Shown here: piece by piece, positions 56,677 through 64,000 of the stretch
Layout of the letters: the number at the start of each line of letters is the position of its first letter
How positions within the stretch are numbered: the stretch's first letter is position 1
Source of the DNA: the human T2T-CHM13v2.0 reference genome, Homo sapiens
Assembly: GCF_009914755.1 (NCBI RefSeq)
Contig: NC_060939.1
Length of the DNA stretch: 64,000 bases
Strand: one strand, 5' to 3'
The notes under the pieces: model-generated
Databases searched by the model: none
Seen by the model: the letters and a program-made list of their open reading frames with translations, nothing else
Told to the model about the DNA's origin: nothing
Position numbers and translations under genes: made by a program

Positions 56677-59600
56677 CTGAGGAGGAGACAATTAGTAGAA
56701 ACATTGAAGCCAGGTCCCGAGAGAGAAGACTCTGGGTCCCCTCCACATGGCACACTGGAACCAGTGCTTGGTGCTCAGGGTCCTGGCAGGGCGTCAGACA
56801 AGCTCTGGGCTGGGGTGGTACCCAGACTCAGAGAGTCAAGGACAGGAGAAGTAAGAGATCCTCCGGTGGGCTCCAGCAACCAGCTGTCCTCACCCACAGC
56901 ACGGCCCCTCCCCTAGTGTGGCAGCCTCTCCTTCCTTCACAGTATGTGTGATCTCAGAGTGGGGAAGGATTTAGGGACCTCTTGGGGGAACAGACCCCCT
57001 CCTCTGGCACACACTTTTGAGGGCTGGGCTAAGGCAGGAGGACCAGGGCTCCTTGGCCATGCTCTGGGAGGTTCTCTGCTGCCCTAAGCCAAAGCAAGCA
57101 GCGCCCCCCAACCCCGGGCCTTTCAGCAGGCAGCAGGGCCTTCAAGCACCCGCCTTGGAGTCCAGGTTCCCAGGAATCACAATGCTCAGAACCCCTTCTC
57201 CTCCTTCAGGAATCCCTCTCCAACCTCTCCTGGCCCATCCCCAGCCCCTTAGTGAGCACTAGACTAGAGGAGGAAAGGAATCTCAACATCTACTCCGTCC
57301 CATTTCACAGATGGGAAAACAGAGGCCAAGGGAGGGGCAGCCCAAGGGCACACGGAAGCAGGTCAGTAGCAGACCCTGAACCAGAGCCTGCACTCCTGCC
57401 TACCAAGCTGGACTCTATTCCATGGCCCACTCTGGCCTGGTTTCACCCATGAGGATGCTAGCTCTCCGGGGGGTGAAGATCGGCTCTTCCTCCCCAGCAA
57501 CTCTGGGACAGGGGAACCTTCACAGAGCACAGCCTGGGACTTTCAGCAGAAGGGCTGACCGGGAAAATTTTCCCCAAAAAAGAAACTGACTGCAGCCACT
57601 GCCTCTGGGGAGGTGTCTCATCTCCAGTGACACTGCTGAGGTTGTCCTGGTTGCAGGAGTAAATTATAGGGATGGGATGGCCTGTGGTTGTGCCCCCAGC
57701 AATCAGCCACACCCAGCATCTTCCCACCTCTGACCAGCCTGGGCCTCACCTAGGAACTGGGTCTGACCACTGTTTTTTCAGCTGCAGGAAACTCTGGGGC
57801 AGCCAGCTTGGCAGTGACACCCAAGCTCCAGCTCTGACCAAAAAGAACTACCATTTCCTCAACTCTGCCCCCGATCCCTCTTATTCCCATTGGAGCCATC
57901 CCTATTGATTCTGCATTTAACAGGGGCAAGGAGCAGCTGGACCACACACTGTGCCACCACACCTTCATTCTTTAAGAAACATCCCTTCATGGCCAGGTCA
58001 CCCCCGGAAGTGAGCATTCTTCACCTCTTCTGTGGCCTGGCGCACTGTGCAGAGAAGAATGCTGAGGTACCCTGGGAGACATGCCAAGGTCACACCAGCA
58101 GGCAGGACACATTAGCTTGTCCCAGGCTGCAGTATCAGTTCTCAGCAGCATGGCAGGCTACAGAGAGAAGTGCTGAGCTCACTGTCCTTGGGTGGTGTGG
58201 CTCTCCTGGTGCACATCACAAACAGCCCAACTGAACAGCTCCGGGGATATCAGCCCTCCCTGGCCCCCAAGCCTCCCTCCCTGTAGGCCCGAGATGTGCA
58301 GAGCAAGGGCTGAGAGGTACTGGCACTTCGGTGGGAGGGAGGGAGAGCTGGCAGGTCTTGGGTGCTGCCCTGCTCCCCCTCCCTTCCTGGGATAAAATTA
58401 GAGTGCTGGGGTCACAGACACAGTCTTCCTGACTCAGCTCCCGTAACTCCCCTTCCACCCGCAGCCCAAACTGCAGCCACCATCCTCTGTGGCCCAGCCA
58501 GAGATCCAGACAGTCTGCCGCCCCAACTCCCCTCCTGCTCCCCTCCCATCCACCGATAGCCAGACTGGCAGCCAGGAAAAGGTGCGTGTCTGCATCTAGA
58601 GATGCTGGGCTAGGACCTGAGATCCATAGTCCCTGGGAGTCAAAGCAGAAAAGTTCTAGCCGTCAGACTGTGCTAGCCACCTTCATCAGTCACCTTAGCC
58701 CCACTCCTGCACCAAGGCCACAGGCCCAGGTCTCCGAGGGGGCCGGCAAGGCCAATGTACAACTACTCAAGGGAAAAGAGGCACCAGACAGGACTCTGGG
58801 TGGGGGCACCCTGGTCTAGGAATTGCAGGGCTGTTGAAGAGAAGAGGAAAACAGTCCTGCCCTGGGGAGTCGAGCCTGATGGCAGAGACATGACTGGGTC
58901 CTGGAGAGCAAGGTCTGAGGGGGAGGTCTGGCCCTACCCTGGGAATACATCTGAGGGGTCAGACAGCCACACCACAGAAAACTTCCACAGCTCTCCAGCA
59001 AAACTGTCTTAGCATGGACCCCAGGGCTGCCCACAAAGTATCTGCTGAAGACATGAAGGGAGGGTGAGGGCTGCTGGCCCCTGGGTAGGAGCTGCAGCAC
59101 TAGGGCCCGGACAATCCCATGCGGATCTGCAAGCCTGAGCCCAGTTCCCTTCAAACCCTAGCCACAATGGCTAGGGTGGAGGAAGCAGGGACTGTTCGTC
59201 CCATTTTGCAGGAAAACGAACAGGAGCCCAGGACCACGGCCTCCCATGACCCCCAGGTTCCTGGCCCTCCCACCTCTGTTCTTGGTGATGCGTATGGACT
59301 AGAGGGAATGACACCAGCTCAGCCCCAGGACAAGGCCTTGGCCCATTCTCCACCCCAGCCCCAGCCTGGGCTCCCGCACCGCCTGAGGCCCTCAAAAGGC
59401 CTGATTGTGCCCGGGAAGTGTCGAGCAGCAGCAGCTCGATGAATACATGAAAGGAAGCTTTGTTCAGGTTGGCAGGAGCGGGGGCTGGGGGCTAAGGGGC
59501 AGGAGGGCTGCCTGGAAGTGAAGGCAGCACCAAGCCATCAGGGCCAGGCCTCGAGTCTCTGCCCAGGCAGGGGCTGAGCAAGGCCAGGGGCTACCCCTAA

Positions 59601-62600
59601 AAAGGCCAGGCCAAGGGAGTATGTATCATATCCCTGAACATTTTCTTTGTGATGCTTTATGAACCCAAACGGAGAGGTGAGGTAGATAAAAGCTGGATGG
59701 GCCCTGAACAGGCCGGGAGGGAAAGCCAGGCAGAGGACGCAACCTGAGCAAAGGTGGGGAAGGTGGCTGTATGGAGGACAGAGGCCATGCGCTGCAGCCT
59801 GGCAGAGTCCTAATGAGAAGAATCGGGAAGGTGAGCTGAGGCCCACGTGTGATGGGGGAGGGAAGATGCAGCCTGTCCAAGGACACACTGACCCACTGCC
59901 CACCACTCTCCCCTGCTGCCTGAACCTACGAGCAGGGCCAGGAGTGGAAAATGCCTCCCCATCCTCTGGCGTCCCCCACCTCCTGGCTCCCCCTGCTTCC
60001 CATCCTGCTTGTCTAAAAGGAGCACCGTCTGGCACCGTGTCCCCCCCTCACTCCCCAGCCTGACGCATTAGTGGCTAAGTGGTAGCTAAAAGCTCCCAGA
60101 ATAACCAGGGGCTCAGGTAGGGGAGGGGGCTAGGGACATATGGGGAGGGCATAGCCCAGAGGCAGGCCAGGAACAAGACAACCCACCTCCCGCCCCATGT
60201 GATTCCGAGCCAATCCTCACTCGTGCTGGACCAAGAAAGCACATTCAGGCTGCCCCGTACCCAGCCGGACTCCATAGTTCCCCTGAGTACCATTTCTCAT
60301 GGTGGCAGGGCCAGCAAGGCCCAGCTCCGGCCAGATAGGAGGGCTGCAAGGATGGCTGGGTTGTAGGAGATAACCTCCACCAGACACAGCCGCAGGGCCG
60401 GGTGCTCACAGGGCTCTGATCCCATTGGAAAGAATGGGGCCTGACTCCTTAGGGACCCTACCCTCGATCACCACCCCAGCAGCTGACCGACTGTGGCAAG
60501 TCTGGGCCTCTGGCATGCATTTCCTAACTCAGGCCTGCCTGGTGGAGCACGTTTCCTCTTCTCATTCACTCTGGTGCTGTCACCGTCCGGCCCGCTGTCC
60601 CCATACTCTTGTTGTTTGTGAAAGAGGAGTGCAGCTCCAGGGGAGGGCAGAGTGGGAGGTGTTGTTGTCCATGAAGGGGCTGGGTCCCATGCTCTGGTCT
60701 GGCAAAGCCAGCCTTGCAACCTGACCCACTGACCCAGTGGGCCTTGAATGTAACCTCAAGGAGCCTTTTGAAAGTGGGCAGAGAGTCAGGCTCTGAAAAT
60801 GGCAGGAATGTGGGCACCCCCACAGAGAATGCCTAAGTCAGGCAGTCAGAGAGGCCCCGGGCCAAAGAGCAGAAAGCAGGCCGACCTCAGGTTGGAGAGC
60901 CAGCACATCTGGCAGGAGCGTCCTCCCACAGTTGTGCCCCCACCCCTGCACTGCCAGGCCTACCTCACACCCTCGCCCAACTACGTGTCTGGAAAAGAGA
61001 GTAGAGGGAAGGCCCACGTGATGCCTAGGAATTAGCCTGCAGCCTCTCCACCCTTTGGAATCCCACATCCACATGTCAAGGTGGAAGGGAGAGGATCTAA
61101 ACAGTCATTGAACTGAAGGACACAGAGGCCAGAGAGGCTGTACCACCGGCCCAAGGACACAGAGCGAGGGAAGCTCCAAGTTTCCAGTACCCATTACCCA
61201 GCTGCTTCTCTCCAGGATCACATCCTGGGCTTCCTGGAGAGCCTCTGATTTGCAAAAAGCTGTATATTCAGCCTCTCCCTACTTCCCTGAATCATCCCTA
61301 CTCTACCCTTCCCTCTCTTGCTCACTAGGTGCCGAGTCACTAACCTGATAACTAAAGGGAATCACCCGCCCACCCACCTTCCAGGTGAGGCCCTGATCTC
61401 CTAGGGGCCTTTAGTGATCAAAGCCTTAAATCCAAAGGAGTGACTAATGGTGGAAGTGTAGGTGCCGTGCATGTCAGAGTGGTAGAGGAAACCCTTCCAC
61501 TAGGGGTGGGAATACAGGAACAAATGTTTCTGTCTCTCCTGATATGGCCAGGAAGAAGGTGTGAGAAGCCTGGTTTCCAGGGTGGCACCGGCTCGGTGCT
61601 AAGGATAGGTCATGGTTGCAGGTGGGTCCTGGCAACTCTCAGGCAGGGTTAGGTTCTAGATTAGCTAGTCGCCTGGCAGGGGCAGAGCCTGTGTGCTGGG
61701 GCAGGTGGTGGGGCCTCGAGACAGCACTCAGCTCATGGAGGACTGAGAAGTCTAACTTGTTTATGAGCTATGAGAAGAGCGAGCTGTGTGCTGGGCCAAA
61801 GGGGAGCATCCTCCCACCCACCAAGGTCAGCTGTGGGTGGGAGGGGAGTATATCTCATGTGTGGCTCAGCCCTGGCTCCAAGAAGCCTCATTATCTCTTT
61901 GGTGGCTGGACAGCTGGCTGGCTGTGACGGTGATTGGGGCTGGGCCTTCCTGGGTTCATTTTCCTCCCTGTGGATTAGCTGGGTGCGAGTCGGGGTGGGT
62001 GCTGGTACTTGTTTGGGCCTGGGTTTTATGACCCACCAGGATTCTTGAAACAAATCACAAAACAATCAGGGTTAAGTCCATGGGTCTTTTTGGGAAAGTG
62101 TGACTCTCTGAGTGCCAGAGAAGTCAGACAGTTTTCTGGAAGTGGAGGCAGCAGAAGAAACTGACATTCTCATCTGCTTCCACTGACCAGCCCACCAAAC
62201 CTCCAGCCACCCTGCAAAGAAGGCAGGACAACCTGTATTGCCGTTTTACAAACAGGAAAACTAATGCCCTTCCAAGCCACCAAGGTCTGGATGCTCTCCC
62301 CATGGCACCACTGTGCTCAAAGGACCAGAAGAAGGTTTGGCTATTGGGGAGACTGTCTGGGGCAAAGTCCTAGGGAGAAGGGACAGTGTGGAAAGCAAGC
62401 CCCTTGGTGAGAGGCTGTGCTGAGCAGGATTCAGGGACTCAGGGAAGGAAGGCTGGCACTGAGGCCCAGCTGGAGTGGGTAAGATGCCCTGAGCCCACGC
62501 CCAGGGAAGGCCGGAAGCCCAGGACAAACATCATGTCCCATCTACCTTCCAGCTGTTCTCCAGCCCAGCAGGTTCCAAAAGCCCCAGAGTGGGGCCGAAG

Positions 62601-62944
62601 TCGCTGGTGGCTCCTTCAAAGCAGACAAAGGGTAGCGGTGCAGGGCCTGCCCTTGGGCCCACAGCCAGGGCAGGGGTCGGGGAGAGGGCGGAGAATGGCT
62701 ACACAACCCCAAGTGGAGGGAGGGAGGCAGGTGGAAGACTGCTGAGAAACAGAAGGTTCCCCAGTCTTAGCCTTAGCCTGAACCAGCAGGGGAGACTGAG
62801 CAAGGGCAGCCAGCCAGCAAAGCCCATTAGGGAGAACTGGCAGGGGCTGGGCTGCCAGGGCTGCATTCCATCAGAAACCAGAGATGCCAGAGGAGGAGGA
62901 GGAAGATGATGACGACGATGATGATGCCCCTACCACCCAACCCT

Positions 62945-63175
62945 TCCATCGCATTTACTACGTGCCAAACACTATTCCAAATGATTTTTAGATATATTAA
63001 CTCATTTAATCATCACTGAACTCTCATGAAGTAGGTTCTTTTATTATCCCCATTTTGCAGATGAGGACCATGAGACACAGAGAAGCTGAGTAACTTACCC
63101 AGCATTACACAGCTAGTAAGGGGTGGAGCAGAGGTTCATACTCAGGCAAGCTGACTCCAGAATCTGTGCTTATAA
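62945..63175 (-). mobile_element. MIR in SEMA7A intron 1
   Basis: ATTATCCCCATTTTGCAGATGAGGA...GTAACTTACCCAG...CACAGCTAGTAAG. Confidence 0.85.
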
Positions 63176-63363
63176 CATCGTATTCCAGAGATGAGCCCTT
63201 GGAGGCTTCCAAGGTCAGCCCTTCCCAGACAGATGAGGAGACCAAAGCCTACCGAGGGTGAGGCCCAGTTAGAGGCTACTTGGCTAATGAAGTCCTGACC
63301 TCTGCCCGTAACACCCTGAAGACAGTGTGTGCAAGTGAGCACAGGTGTGCAGGCCCAGGTGAA

Positions 63364-64000
<637 letters not shown>

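Noticed and set aside
62891-62926. (GGA)n(GAT/GAC)n acidic-coding-looking tract
   Set aside because: Simple repeat adjacent to a MIR in intron 1; no exon context.

Overview
This is human genomic DNA; the gene content places it at 15q24.1. The left end holds CYP11A1 (P450scc) on the minus strand: part of intron 1, coding exon 1 (5061-5329), its TATA/SF-1 promoter, the (TTTTA)n microsatellite and the upstream cAMP-responsive unit. The right end holds SEMA7A on the minus strand: exons 2-14 with GT-AG boundaries that splice into a continuous frame, the 3' UTR and poly(A) signal, and the mirtron-type MIR6881 in intron 12; exon 1 lies outside the window. Between them are about 41 kb of repeat-rich non-coding DNA (Alu, L1, L2, MIR, LTRs, DNA transposon fossils). 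There are two CpG islands (one in CYP11A1 intron 1, one intergenic), several CTCF-like motifs and plus-strand splice signals suggesting lncRNAs. Nearly all other ORFs in the track are spurious GC-rich or Alu-derived frames. I found no convincing novel protein-coding system. The best leads are regulatory or structural: two CpG-island promoters bracketing CYP11A1, an inverted pair of ~190-bp elements, and a nested palindrome carrying two AP-1 sites. Repeat subfamily names are from memory of consensus sequences and need RepeatMasker/Dfam confirmation.
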